45,658 bases of DNA from positions 1-45,658 of the forward strand of contig JBQLZK010000061.1 of the NCBI GenBank assembly GCA_052168235.1. Direction: 5' to 3'. The notes beneath the pieces are model-generated. The model made no database searches, had not been told where the DNA came from, and was given only the letters and a program-made list of their open reading frames with translations. The stretch's first letter is position 1, and every line of letters begins with the position of its first letter. Made by a program: the position numbers and the translations under genes. Source of the DNA: Thainema sp. Its GTDB lineage: Bacteria; Cyanobacteriota; Cyanobacteriia; Phormidesmidales; Phormidesmidaceae. This document shows, piece after piece, positions 1 through 9,388 of the stretch.

Positions 1-51
1 TCTGTTGACGCTGAACCTGTTGCTCTACAAGCACCTGCCATCAACGGCTAA
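1..51 (+). CDS. psbA: Photosystem II D1 protein, 3' end only (partial)
   Basis: Frame 1 reads SVDAEPVALQAPAING*, matching the 16-residue cleavable C-terminal extension of cyanobacterial D1 (...PVALxAPAING); a terminator follows. Confidence 0.9.
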   Translation, partial: SVDAEPVALQAPAING

Positions 52-86
52 TTGCACCCAGTGCATTCGTGCTTGAATGAATAGCG

Positions 87-118
87 AAGAGCGCTCCTCA
101 GAGAGGGGCGCTTTTTTG
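87..118 (+). terminator. Intrinsic terminator of psbA
   Basis: Stem aagagcgctcctc / aga / gaggggcgctttt running into a T tract. Confidence 0.85.
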
Positions 119-138
119 TTGGCTATATTTTTTGTTGG

Positions 139-363
139 CTACCAGTTGCGATCTCACCTGTCGGGAAGAAGGTTTACTTGCCTGAAACGCTGAGCGTAGA
201 CTATCTAAAAGGCATTACGTTACAGTCACCGGGACAATGACAGTATCAAACAGCGACGCTCACCCGTGACAGGCTGACATTCGATTTGCATTCGCTGGAT
301 CTGGCAACTATTCAGCTATCGGATCAATTGGGTGACGGGGAGTATTCGGTAATGGTGCAGTAA
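139..363 (+). pseudogene. Possible gene remnant of unknown function
   Basis: Protein-like frame LPVAISPVGKKVYLPETLSVDYLKGITLQSPGQ*QYQTATLTRDRLTFDL...VMVQ* with one internal TGA (238-240) and no clear start. Confidence 0.25.
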
Positions 364-375
364 GGGTTAAGAAAA

Positions 376-1296
376 GTGGCAAGAAAGAATCCTACCTCTG
401 TACAACGGAGACGCCTAATTGCTAGGAACGCAGAGAGGTGCTGCGTATGTAAACGAAGTGAAATAGGTTTGCATCTGCATCATATTGATGGGAACAACTC
501 CAATACTGTTGATGAGAATATTGCGGTTCTGTGTGTTGAAGACCATGATCAACACCATCGCCCCACTAAATACAAAAGAACTCAGCATCTAGAGCTTAGT
601 GCTGACAAATTACGGGAGTATAAAGAATCCTGGGAAAGATTTGTAGCTGATGCAGCAAGTCAAAATCCCTCTGTCGTTGCAGTTATTAATGTCTTTGGGA
701 CTTTTGAGCAGTTACATGCGGCACGCATACTATTTCAATGGCCTGATGAAAAAATTGAATTTGAGAGGACTTTTCATCTGCTGGAAGGTGGCATAGATTA
801 CTGGACTGATGAAATGTTCTCTGAAATCGAAAGTATTGGTAAAAACATTACAGTTTTCTTTGTTGATGATCCATTGCCTGTAGATTACTGTCCTTGTTGT
901 GGCAACGCTTACAGCAACACCATAAAAGAAGGGTTGGTGTTGAAATCGACAGCAACCAACTGGGATACTAAATCTCTTATGTCTATCTATATCAATCCGG
1001 ATAGACCTAGCTTGGCGATTTTAGTTTCATTTCTAGATAAGGATTTGTTTTCAGCTCATCTTCACCTATGCCAAGGAAAGTACCTTCACTTCAGGTCTGA
1101 TTACTATGATGAGCGTGTCGCAGTTAAAAGAAGACCAAGTATTAGGACTCAAGTTACGCGAATTGTTGAAAAGGTTGTTGCTGATTGGGAACCTGCACAC
1201 ATATTCATTGGGACTGGTGATCATGACAAGCCAGTTATGATTGATGACTTTTTACTTCCCAGAGTATGGGAGAAAAAGAGTTTTAAGGGGAGGTAG
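376..1296 (+). CDS. HNH endonuclease-domain protein with uncharacterised C-terminal region
   Basis: N-terminal CCVC...LHHIDGNNSNTVDENIAVLCVEDHDQHH (Zn-binding HNH signature); second CPCC motif; AT-rich, no HIP1; GTG start. Confidence 0.8.
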   Translation: MARKNPTSVQRRRLIARNAERCCVCKRSEIGLHLHHIDGNNSNTVDENIAVLCVEDHDQHHRPTKYKRTQHLELSADKLREYKESWERFVADAASQNPSVVAVINVFGTFEQLHAARILFQWPDEKIEFERTFHLLEGGIDYWTDEMFSEIESIGKNITVFFVDDPLPVDYCPCCGNAYSNTIKEGLVLKSTATNWDTKSLMSIYINPDRPSLAILVSFLDKDLFSAHLHLCQGKYLHFRSDYYDERVAVKRRPSIRTQVTRIVEKVVADWEPAHIFIGTGDHDKPVMIDDFLLPRVWEKKSFKGR

Positions 1297-1559
1297 TAAA
1301 ACGCCTTAGGCACTCTCTGATAAGGATTTTGGGCGAGCGCAGCTATGAAAGGGCTAATTCCCTACGTCATTGCGGCAGTTGCGATCGCAATCCAGCCAGT
1401 GTCACCGCTCAAACACGTTAAAAAAGTTGATGAATGTCCGATAGGGTCAAACACTTAAAACAGTAAGCATTCCGTGATATCCAGGAACGAACCGATCCAA
1501 GGTTGAAGCTCCTGAGGCATGATAGGGACGGTAACTAAACGGTAAGGTCGGATACATCC

Positions 1560-2792
1560 ATGACGGCGAAATTAACTGTGCATACAGCAGAACAATGGGG
1601 CACACCGCTGGCTCCCCAAGCGCAGCGCCTGTTGTTATTAGGTTCGGGAGAACTGGGACGTGAAGTGGCAATTGAAGCGATGCGGCTGGGCATTGAAGTG
1701 ATTGCCGCCGATCGCTATGCCAATGCTCCGGCTATGCAGGTTGCCCATCGCAGTCACGTCGTCGATATGCTGGATGGGGCCAAAATTCGCTGGCTGATTG
1801 AGCATGAAAAACCGACAATGATCGTGCCCGAAATTGAAGCGATCGCAACTGACACGCTGATCGAACTGGAACAGGAAGGCTGGAACGTTATCCCCACCGC
1901 CAAAGCGACCCGATTGACCATGAATCGTGAGGGCATTCGTCAACTGGCTGCCGAAGAGCTAGGGTTACGCACTTCACCCTATCGCTTTGCCGGAACAGAA
2001 GCCGAGTATCAGCAGGCTGTAGAAGAAATCGGCTTACCCTGTGTTGTTAAACCAATCATGAGTTCATCAGGTAAAGGACAAACAACGCTGAAAACCGAGG
2101 CGGACATTTCACTGGGCTGGAGCAATGCCCAAACCAAAGGACGCGGCAAAAATCAGCGAGTGATCGTCGAAGGCTTTATTGAGTTTGATACCGAAATTAC
2201 GCTGCTCACGGTGCGAGCTAAGGACGGCACGTTTTTCTGCCCTCCAATTGGTCACTTACAAGTCGATGGCGACTATCGCGAATCGTGGCAGCCCTGTGCA
2301 TTGAATCCTAAGACGCTGGCAACCTGTCAGGAAATGGCGCGTCAGGTAACGGATGCCCTGGGCGGCTGGGGAATTTTCGGCGTGGAGCTGTTTATTGCGG
2401 GAGCACCAGATACTGAGCAGACCGTTTACTTTAGTGAAGTGAGTCCTCGACCTCATGACACAGGCATGGTGACAATGGTGAGCCAGAACATGTCAGAATT
2501 TGAGCTGCATGTACGTGCGATCGCAGGTTTGCCGATTGGCTCGATTGACCTGATCCAGCCCGGTGCATCAGCAGTGATTCTGGCAACAGAAACCAGCGAA
2601 GCGCCTTACTATACGGGATTGGAGGAGGCATTGCGGGTGCCAACTAGTAAGTTGCGCATTTTTGGTAAACCCAACTGCAATCCGAATCGGCGCATGGGAG
2701 TCGCCCTAGCGCTGGGAGATACAGTAGATGAGGCACGGCAACGAGCCACTACGGCTGCCGCTGCGGTCAATGTGAACGTTCAGGAAGGATAA
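1560..2792 (+). CDS. purT: Formate-dependent phosphoribosylglycinamide formyltransferase
   Basis: [51 protein letters not shown] motifs. Confidence 0.97.
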   Translation: MTAKLTVHTAEQWGTPLAPQAQRLLLLGSGELGREVAIEAMRLGIEVIAADRYANAPAMQVAHRSHVVDMLDGAKIRWLIEHEKPTMIVPEIEAIATDTLIELEQEGWNVIPTAKATRLTMNREGIRQLAAEELGLRTSPYRFAGTEAEYQQAVEEIGLPCVVKPIMSSSGKGQTTLKTEADISLGWSNAQTKGRGKNQRVIVEGFIEFDTEITLLTVRAKDGTFFCPPIGHLQVDGDYRESWQPCALNPKTLATCQEMARQVTDALGGWGIFGVELFIAGAPDTEQTVYFSEVSPRPHDTGMVTMVSQNMSEFELHVRAIAGLPIGSIDLIQPGASAVILATETSEAPYYTGLEEALRVPTSKLRIFGKPNCNPNRRMGVALALGDTVDEARQRATTAAAAVNVNVQEG

Positions 2793-2801
2793 GCGTTAAT
2801 T

Positions 2802-4130
2802 ATGGGGAACGGGCAAATCATACGAGCAAAATGGCTGCGTTGGGCAGTCCTGGCGCTGATCGGCCTTGGCCTAAGCTGGCTGGTCAGCTGTAGTTCGCCA
2901 TCGGCAGATTCCGATGCGGCGGATGGTCAGCAGAAAATCGAATTCTGGACGATGCAGCTCCAGCCCAAATTTACCGACTATTTCAATACGCTGATTTCGG
3001 AGTATGAGGCGGAACATCCCGGCACGACCGTGCGCTGGGTGGATGTGCCTTGGGCTGACATGCAGAGCAAGATTCTGGCAGCAGTCACCGCAGGTGATGT
3101 GCCCGATGTGGTCAACCTCAACCCGGATTTTGCCTCCCAGTTGGCTAGCCGCAATGCTTGGCTTTTTCTAGACGACAAAGTTCCGACAGAGGCAAAGGAC
3201 GCCTATCTGCCCAAAATTTGGCAGGCCAGCACGCTCAACGGCTCAACCTTTGCCATTCCTTGGTATCTGACCACAGGCGTCAGCATCTACAATACCGAGC
3301 TGTTGCAACAGGCTGGCATCAGCGAACCGCCGAAGACTTACGAGGAGCTTGCCACGGTTGCTCAAGCGGTTAAAGACGAAACAGGTAAATACGCCTTCTT
3401 TGTCACTTTCGTGCCGCAAGATTCGGCAGAGGTGCTGCAATCCTTTATTCAAATGGGCGTGCCGCTGCTCGATGAATCCGGTCAGGCGGCCTTCAATACG
3501 CCAGAGGGTAAAGCCGTCTTCCAGTACTGGACGGATTTATTTAAGAACGAGCTTTTGCCGCGCGAAGTGCTCACTCAGGGCCATCGCCGCGCGATTGAGC
3601 TGTATCAGGCTGGAGAACTGGCTATTCTGTCCTCGGGAGCGGAGTTCCTAAATACCATTGCCACCAACGCTCCCACTATTGCCGAAGTATCCGCCAGTGC
3701 GCCCCAGGTCACGGGTGAAACAGGCAAGAAAAACGTGGCGGTGATGAATCTCGTCGTTCCCAGCGGCTCAGATGCACCCGATGCGGCGGTAGACTTTGCG
3801 CTGTTTGTCACCAATGACGAAAATCAGCTCGAATTTGCCAAAGCTGCCAACGTTCTGCCCTCAACTACCAAGGCGCTCTCTGATCCCTACTTCACCGAAC
3901 CGGATGAGTCGTCACCCGTCACCAAAGCTCGTTCCGTCAGCGCTCAGCAAATGACCGAAGCCGAGGTGTTGATTCCGGCTACCGAAGGCATCAAAGACCT
4001 TCAGCAGATTATTTACGAAAACCTACAGGCTGCCATGCTCGATCAAAAAACCGTTGATCAAGCGATCGCAGATGCCGAAACAGCCTGGAATACACGACTT
4101 GGAATGTTCTTAGGAGAGGATAATAGTTGA
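2802..4130 (+). CDS. Sugar ABC transporter substrate-binding lipoprotein (family 1)
   Basis: Lipobox-like LSWLVSC; FWTMQL, WVDVPW, PDVVNLNPDFA, IPWY motifs; last 12 codons lie inside the IS remnant. Confidence 0.9.
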   Translation: MGNGQIIRAKWLRWAVLALIGLGLSWLVSCSSPSADSDAADGQQKIEFWTMQLQPKFTDYFNTLISEYEAEHPGTTVRWVDVPWADMQSKILAAVTAGDVPDVVNLNPDFASQLASRNAWLFLDDKVPTEAKDAYLPKIWQASTLNGSTFAIPWYLTTGVSIYNTELLQQAGISEPPKTYEELATVAQAVKDETGKYAFFVTFVPQDSAEVLQSFIQMGVPLLDESGQAAFNTPEGKAVFQYWTDLFKNELLPREVLTQGHRRAIELYQAGELAILSSGAEFLNTIATNAPTIAEVSASAPQVTGETGKKNVAVMNLVVPSGSDAPDAAVDFALFVTNDENQLEFAKAANVLPSTTKALSDPYFTEPDESSPVTKARSVSAQQMTEAEVLIPATEGIKDLQQIIYENLQAAMLDQKTVDQAIADAETAWNTRLGMFLGEDNS

Positions 4131-4832
4131 GAAGGTAGATGTTGGAAAAACCAGCATCAATAGGAGAGGAGAACTGCCGATGCTGCCTCTAGTTGGGATT
4201 CCTCAGACCATCCAAAAGAGCTTTCAAAGCTATGACTAGAAGAGCTGCTGCACTATCAGAAGAACCGCTTAGCCTATCGCAAACGGACTGAAATGGCAGT
4301 GGATATCGTGCGCCAGTTGGAAGCCAAGGGAGCGTTCCCGCAGGCGGATTATGCCTTCGATTGTGGCGTCCTGTCGCGACCGCTAACGGAGTTGATTGAA
4401 GCCTCTGGTAAGCACTGGGTGAGCGAAATTGAAAGCTCTCGCTTAAATTCTCTGGCATGGGCCTGGCAGCGGGTCGATGTCGTGGCTCAGACGTTAGGCC
4501 GTGAGCATCCTGAGAGTTTTGTGCCCAAGGTTGTGACCTGCCGCAATGGTCAGCAACGAACGATTTGGGCCTTCAGCAAGACCGTGCGGTTGGAAAAGTA
4601 CGGTCGCAAGCGGCTGGTCATGTCCATGAAACCGCTGAGCTGAGTTGATCGTCCCCGTTTTCTGTTGATGGACGCATTGCACTGGGACAGTGCCCGCAGG
4701 TTTGCGACGATGACGCAGGGACTCTTCGCTCAGGGTCAGTCCGTTGCCCAAATTATGGAGGTGCTTATGCCGACTTAAAAACCGCGATCGCCTAACTGGT
4801 TTTTCCTCTGCTCGTAAATTACCAAGTCGTGT
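4092..4832 (+). mobile_element. Internally deleted IS701-family-like element with intact terminal inverted repeats
   Basis: Perfect 11-bp IRs acacgacttgg (4092-4102) / ccaagtcgtgt (4822-4832) enclosing transposase fragments. Confidence 0.75.
4180..4778 (+). pseudogene. Transposase pseudogene (IS701-like)
   Basis: Fragments in different frames: MLPLVGIPQTI... (4180), LLHYQKNRLAYRKRTEMAVDIVRQLE...YAFDCGVL...GKHWVSEIESSR...KYGRKRLV, and C-terminal GLFAQGQSVAQIMEVLMPT*. Confidence 0.8.
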
Positions 4833-4852
4833 GTTACAGTTTGATATCACAA

Positions 4853-4880
4853 AAGAGGAGGTGCGATCGCACCTCCTCTT
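4853..4880. terminator. 28-bp perfect palindrome centred on HIP1, probable terminator between convergent genes
   Basis: aagaggaggtgcga|tcgcacctcctctt. Confidence 0.65.
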
Positions 4881-4935
4881 CAGCTACATAGCGTTAAACA
4901 TAAGTAATAATGTTTGGGTTCGTCCCAGCGTTTTG

Positions 4936-6228
4936 CTAGCTTGCGCCCTCCCTTGCCTGTGCTTCTGCTTGAGCATTTGCTTCAGCTAACCGTAGCGTCT
5001 CTACTAGCTGCGCCAGGGTGTACTCTAAAACCTGGCCTGGATCAACCAGTACCCAGCCATCTGCCGTAAACTGCTTCAGCTCAAAGTGGAGGTGGGGACC
5101 AGTGGAATTGCCGGTGCTGCCAACCAGACCGATCACTTCACCCTGCTCAACCCATTCACCCGGTTCAACCAATAGCTGAGACATGTGGGCATAGAGCGTT
5201 TGGCCTTGGGCCTGTACCTTAGTGCTGTCTAAATCTTTCGGATCGACGCTGTCGTCCACCTCAAAGTGATCCATTACTACCGTCAGGCCATAGCCCCGCA
5301 GCACATTGGAAACGACAACTCGACCTGCCTGAGCCGCAACCACGGGCGTACCCATCGGCGCACCAATATCCGTGCCAGCATGGAAGCGCTGTCCGCCTGA
5401 AATGGGGTGAATCCGCCAGCCAAACGCCGACGTAATCGGAGCCGGAATCGTTAGCGGAAAGACAAACTCATACTCGCCCTTGCGTAAACGGTTGAGTACG
5501 CGGGCACCCCGGTTGTAATACTCACGAGCAGCAGCGGTGGTTTGGCCCGTGACATTGCTAACGACGCCTAGACCCGTGCCGCCTTGACGGCTGTAGGCGG
5601 CAGTACGATAGCCACTGCCTGAGGAGGGAGATTGTGAGATCGCAGCCGATCGAGCCGGAGCCTGGCAGATACTAGACGGAATCGCTTGACCGCTAGCCAC
5701 AACCCGCTGACAACCCGTAGAGCGTTCAGACAGAACTACAGTACTGGGGCCAGTGCGAGTCGTTGCCCCAATGCTGTAATCGGTCGGGTCAATGAAAACA
5801 TCACCAGAACTGATTGGTAGGTCGCCACGATTCGGGAAGACTTCTGGAGCCGCAGCGGGTGTAGATGCCGCTGCTGGTTCAGCCGGAGACGCTTCAGTGG
5901 CAACAGGGGCCGCAGGTGCTGGCGCTTCAGCCGCAGGGCTGGGTGCGGGTGCCGTAGGTGCAATTTCGACGACGACTGGAGCTGGCGCAGATTCAACGGC
6001 AGGTGCGGGCGCGGGTGCCGCAGCGGGAGGTTCTGGGGCAGGAACCGGAGCGGGAGCAGACTGTAGCAGGTCAGCCGCACCGGGAACCGATTCTTGAGCC
6101 GTTACCGTACCTGCACTTAGAAATCCCAGGATTCCCAAACAGCCAATGCTTTGTAGAATCACCAGCGATATGCGCTGAGAGCGAATAGATGAAAACATGA
6201 GCAAGTTCCGCAACATCATCAACACCAC
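4936..6228 (-). CDS. M23 family metallopeptidase with Pro/Ala-rich linker
   Basis: ITSAFGWRIHP, FHAGTD (HxxxD), YAHMS, STGPHLHFE (HxH); signal peptide-like N terminus; exact start uncertain. Confidence 0.92.
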   Translation of the reverse strand: MVLMMLRNLLMFSSIRSQRISLVILQSIGCLGILGFLSAGTVTAQESVPGAADLLQSAPAPVPAPEPPAAAPAPAPAVESAPAPVVVEIAPTAPAPSPAAEAPAPAAPVATEASPAEPAAASTPAAAPEVFPNRGDLPISSGDVFIDPTDYSIGATTRTGPSTVVLSERSTGCQRVVASGQAIPSSICQAPARSAAISQSPSSGSGYRTAAYSRQGGTGLGVVSNVTGQTTAAAREYYNRGARVLNRLRKGEYEFVFPLTIPAPITSAFGWRIHPISGGQRFHAGTDIGAPMGTPVVAAQAGRVVVSNVLRGYGLTVVMDHFEVDDSVDPKDLDSTKVQAQGQTLYAHMSQLLVEPGEWVEQGEVIGLVGSTGNSTGPHLHFELKQFTADGWVLVDPGQVLEYTLAQLVETLRLAEANAQAEAQAREGAS

Positions 6229-6239
6229 ATCGATATAGC

Positions 6240-7154
6240 CTAACAGTATCCCAACCGGATTGCCCCAGGCTCCCTCAAGATTATAGTGGATTCGCCTGAC
6301 TGATCCAGCGTCTGAAATTGATCCTGAGACGGATTTTGGGGCAAATCGGGAGACGGGTTCAGACGAATCTGAAGTTCCCCCGTGGGTAAGACGCCAATCA
6401 CCGTGCCGGAGTGCTCGTTAATTTCAACGGTTTGGTGCATTGAGCGCAAACGACTCTGATAAGCTGTCATCAGCCAATCCGTGCCGCGCTGCTGCCAGCA
6501 CTGATAGCCATAGAAAATGCCGCGCAGTGCGATCGCAGTTAACTGCTCCAAGCTGTGAATTTGGGGTTCGGACTGATTAATCAGTACGTCCTGTAGTGTT
6601 ATCGCCGTATCCGGCACAGAATTATGCCAGTTTAGTCCCACGCCGACGACTGCCTGAGTGATCAGGTTCTGGGTGCTGCGGGTTTCCGTCAGAATGCCGC
6701 CCAGCTTCTGCTTCCCGATGACTAAATCATTGGGCCATTTCAGCTCAACTGGAATGGCCAGCCGCTGCAGCACGTCTGCCAAGCCCCAAGCGGTGCAGAA
6801 CGTCAGTAACGTACCATCTGCGATCGCAATATCTGGCTCCAGCAATACTGAAAGGTACAGTCCACCCGCTTCCGACTGCCAGGTGTGGCCCCGCTGTCCC
6901 CGTCCGGCTCGTTGCCGAGCAGCAATCACGGCAGTTCCAGCCCCGCTACCGGCTTCGGCCAACTGCCACAGGGTTTGACTGGTGGAATCTAGCTCGTCAA
7001 ATTCATGCAGCGTAAATTGGGGCCGCAGGCGATAGTCAGCCGGGAGGCCAAGGTCTTGGGGTTCTGCTCGGAGAAATTGGTGAATCAGGTCAATGTCGAT
7101 CAAGAGCGGCTGTCGGAGGTGCTGATAGGGTTTATACACAACGCCCCTCCTCAA
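6240..7154 (-). CDS. birA: Biotin--[acetyl-CoA-carboxylase] ligase
   Basis: DST, QRAGRGQRGHTW, GGLYLS, LKWPNDL, KLGGILTE, VGVGLN; true start probably downstream of the ORF-track TTG. Confidence 0.92.
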   Translation of the reverse strand: MRRGVVYKPYQHLRQPLLIDIDLIHQFLRAEPQDLGLPADYRLRPQFTLHEFDELDSTSQTLWQLAEAGSGAGTAVIAARQRAGRGQRGHTWQSEAGGLYLSVLLEPDIAIADGTLLTFCTAWGLADVLQRLAIPVELKWPNDLVIGKQKLGGILTETRSTQNLITQAVVGVGLNWHNSVPDTAITLQDVLINQSEPQIHSLEQLTAIALRGIFYGYQCWQQRGTDWLMTAYQSRLRSMHQTVEINEHSGTVIGVLPTGELQIRLNPSPDLPQNPSQDQFQTLDQSGESTIILREPGAIRLGYC

Positions 7155-7177
7155 CCTCTTTAGTCATTCCATTCCCC

Positions 7178-7205
7178 GTAGGGGCGAATGGCCATTCGCC
7201 CCTAC
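7178..7205. repeat. REP-like GTAG palindrome
   Basis: Perfect 28-bp palindrome gtaggggcgaatgg|ccattcgcccctac with the GTAG foot typical of REP elements. Confidence 0.75.
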
Positions 7206-7364
7206 ATAGGCAGGTCGTTAGAGGAGTTGAGGGTGAAGGCGATGTGATGTGTGAATGTGACAAATCTTAATAGGGCGATAAAATCAGTACGATAAAAGTC
7301 TGTGAATCAATTTAACAGGTTAATTCGTAGACCTGGCAAGTACCTAACCATAAACCGCGATCGC

Positions 7365-8174
7365 ATGCATACCTGGCATTGGCAACACTGGCAAAATCAA
7401 CCCTATCTCACCTGTAGCTTGCTGGCTCCGTGGTCGCACGGCTTTTTCACGCAGCAGTTTTGGCCGCAGGTGCCGGATCAGCTCATTGCGGCACTCCAGC
7501 CGGAAGCGCAAGTGTATCGGATTAAGCAAGTTCATGGTTGCGAAATCCTCACCCCATCCGAGGTGGAGCAGTATCAGGCAACTGAATCCAATCGCGCTCA
7601 ATCTGAGAATGGTACCGCGAGTCAAGCTGAGCCAGTAGCCTATGCTCAGGCCGATGGCATGCTGACGGAAGCGGCAAACCAGGCCGTTTGGGTCTGCTCG
7701 GCGGACTGTACGCCTGTGCTGATTGCTGATGTTGTGACGAATCAAGTCTCAGCCGTTCATGCAGGCTGGCGCGGCACGGCGCAGCGCATTGTGCCCCAGG
7801 CGATTCAGCGCCTACAGGAACAGGGCAGTCAAATTGAGAATTTATTGGTGGCAATGGGGCCTGCGATCGCAGGTGATGTCTACCAGGTGTCTACCGATGT
7901 TGCGGCAAAAGTAGGCACAACGGTGGCGACATCGGACGATCCGCTAGCTGAACTGATGGCTTTGGAAAAGGCTCCTATCTTGTCTGATCCAGAACCCGAT
8001 AAGGTACGGCTAGACGTGCGGCGGGTGAATGCGCTGCAGCTTGAACAGCTTGGTTTGCAGCCGGAACAAATTGAGATCGCACCCTTTTGCACCTATCAGC
8101 AGCCGGATCACTTCTTTTCTTATCGGCGCAGTCAGCAGAAGAAGGTGCAGTGGTCGGGGATTGTCAGTCAGTGA
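7365..8174 (+). CDS. pgeF: Peptidoglycan editing factor PgeF (YfiH/laccase-like family)
   Basis: QVHG, ADG, SADCTPVL, AVHAGWRG, GPAI, CT...FFSYRR; ATG 7365 preferred over GTG 7302. Confidence 0.93.
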   Translation: MHTWHWQHWQNQPYLTCSLLAPWSHGFFTQQFWPQVPDQLIAALQPEAQVYRIKQVHGCEILTPSEVEQYQATESNRAQSENGTASQAEPVAYAQADGMLTEAANQAVWVCSADCTPVLIADVVTNQVSAVHAGWRGTAQRIVPQAIQRLQEQGSQIENLLVAMGPAIAGDVYQVSTDVAAKVGTTVATSDDPLAELMALEKAPILSDPEPDKVRLDVRRVNALQLEQLGLQPEQIEIAPFCTYQQPDHFFSYRRSQQKKVQWSGIVSQ

Positions 8175-8187
8175 TATTAGGATTAAA

Positions 8188-8226
8188 AGTGTTTTGCGGC
8201 GCGGCGTTGCCGCGCCGCAAAACACT
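8188..8226. terminator. Hairpin between convergent genes (bidirectional terminator or dispersed palindrome)
   Basis: Perfect 18-bp arms agtgttttgcggcgcggc / gtt / gccgcgccgcaaaacact. Confidence 0.75.
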
Positions 8227-8235
8227 CTAACCAAT

Positions 8236-9219
8236 CTAGCTATCGCTATAAACTTCTGGGTTGACGCAGTGGGGTAGGCGGTTGCCTTGTAAGCCTGCGA
8301 TCAGATTTGCGATCGCAATGTCGGCCATTTTTTTGCGGGTTTGGCGACTAGCGCTGCCGATGTGGGGCGCGATAATCAGATTTTCTAGATTCAGCAGCGG
8401 GCTATCCATCGGGATGGGTTCCGGTTCCGTCACGTCAATCGCCGCAGCAGCAATTTTTCCCTGGCTCAAGGCTCGATGCAGTGCCGCCGGATCAACCACG
8501 GCTCCCCGTGCAGTGTTGATTAGAATCGCTGTGGACTGCATCAGATCAAATTCGCGATCGCAGATCAGATGCGTTGTCTCTCCCGTCAGCGGCACGTGCA
8601 GCGACACAAAATCAGACTGTTGCAGCAGGTCATCCAGCTCGGCGTACTGCACACCCAGTTTGGCTTCCTGATCAGCAGGAAGACGATGGCGACTGGTGTA
8701 GAGAATCGTCATGTTGAAGCCTTTAGCGCGTCGGGCCACGGCTTGACCAATCCGGCCCAAGCCAATCAGCCCCAGCATTGTGCCAGCGACATCGGCACCC
8801 AGCAGCAAGTCTGGTTCCCAGGTTTGCCACTGACCCGATCGCGTAAAGCGATCCGCTTCCACCACGCGCCGAGCTGCCGCCATCAGCAGCGCCCAAGTAA
8901 AATCAGCCGTGGCATCAGTCAGCACGCCTGGAGTGTGTCCGACTGGGATTTGTCGTGCCGTGGCCGCCGCAACGTCAATATTGTCATAGCTCACCGCCAT
9001 CTGACTAATCACTCGCAGATTGGGAGCAGCACCGATAAGTTCCTGATCAACGAGATCAGTTAGTAAACACAGTAGCCCGTCGATTGCAGATACTTTTTCC
9101 TGTAAAACCTCAGCCGATGGAGGCTGACGTTCTGGCCAAGTTTCCACATCTGCGATCGCATTCAACTCCGCCAAATCAGTTGGCAATCGGCGAGTAATGA
9201 AAACCTTTGGGTGACCCAT
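8236..9219 (-). CDS. D-glycerate dehydrogenase / glyoxylate reductase (D-2-hydroxyacid dehydrogenase family)
   Basis: DNIDV, TPGVLTDATAD, GLGRIG, INTARG, DVTEPEP, PHIGSA. Confidence 0.92.
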   Translation of the reverse strand: MGHPKVFITRRLPTDLAELNAIADVETWPERQPPSAEVLQEKVSAIDGLLCLLTDLVDQELIGAAPNLRVISQMAVSYDNIDVAAATARQIPVGHTPGVLTDATADFTWALLMAAARRVVEADRFTRSGQWQTWEPDLLLGADVAGTMLGLIGLGRIGQAVARRAKGFNMTILYTSRHRLPADQEAKLGVQYAELDDLLQQSDFVSLHVPLTGETTHLICDREFDLMQSTAILINTARGAVVDPAALHRALSQGKIAAAAIDVTEPEPIPMDSPLLNLENLIIAPHIGSASRQTRKKMADIAIANLIAGLQGNRLPHCVNPEVYSDS

Positions 9220-9281
9220 GTTGTACTGTTCTCTGAACTATGGCTAATCAAGGTAAGAAGAGAGGCGTGAGGCGTTTTTAA

Positions 9282-9375
9282 TTTTGAGTGTAGAGTGTGT
9301 TGGAGCGAAGCGAAACGCGCCGTTTTTAGGGCTGTAAAGGCTGTAAAGGCTGTAAAGAACACTCAGCACTCAAAA
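9282..9375. repeat. Imperfect inverted repeat enclosing three tandem 9-mers
   Basis: ttttgagtgtagagtgt (9282-9298) / acactcagcactcaaaa (9359-9375), 15/17 match; ggctgtaaa x3 at 9330-9356. Confidence 0.7.
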
Positions 9376-9388
9376 CTTATAACTCAAC

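Noticed and set aside
1345..1458. 37-codon ORF MKGLIPYVIAAVAIAIQPV... with a hydrophobic start
   Set aside because: Too short, no clear RBS, and the AIA is just the HIP1 translation; cannot be supported without homologues.
5736..6188. Alternative-frame ORFs over the M23 linker, and similar shadow ORFs across the window
   Set aside because: They lie within well-supported genes and reflect GC-rich, stop-poor frames.
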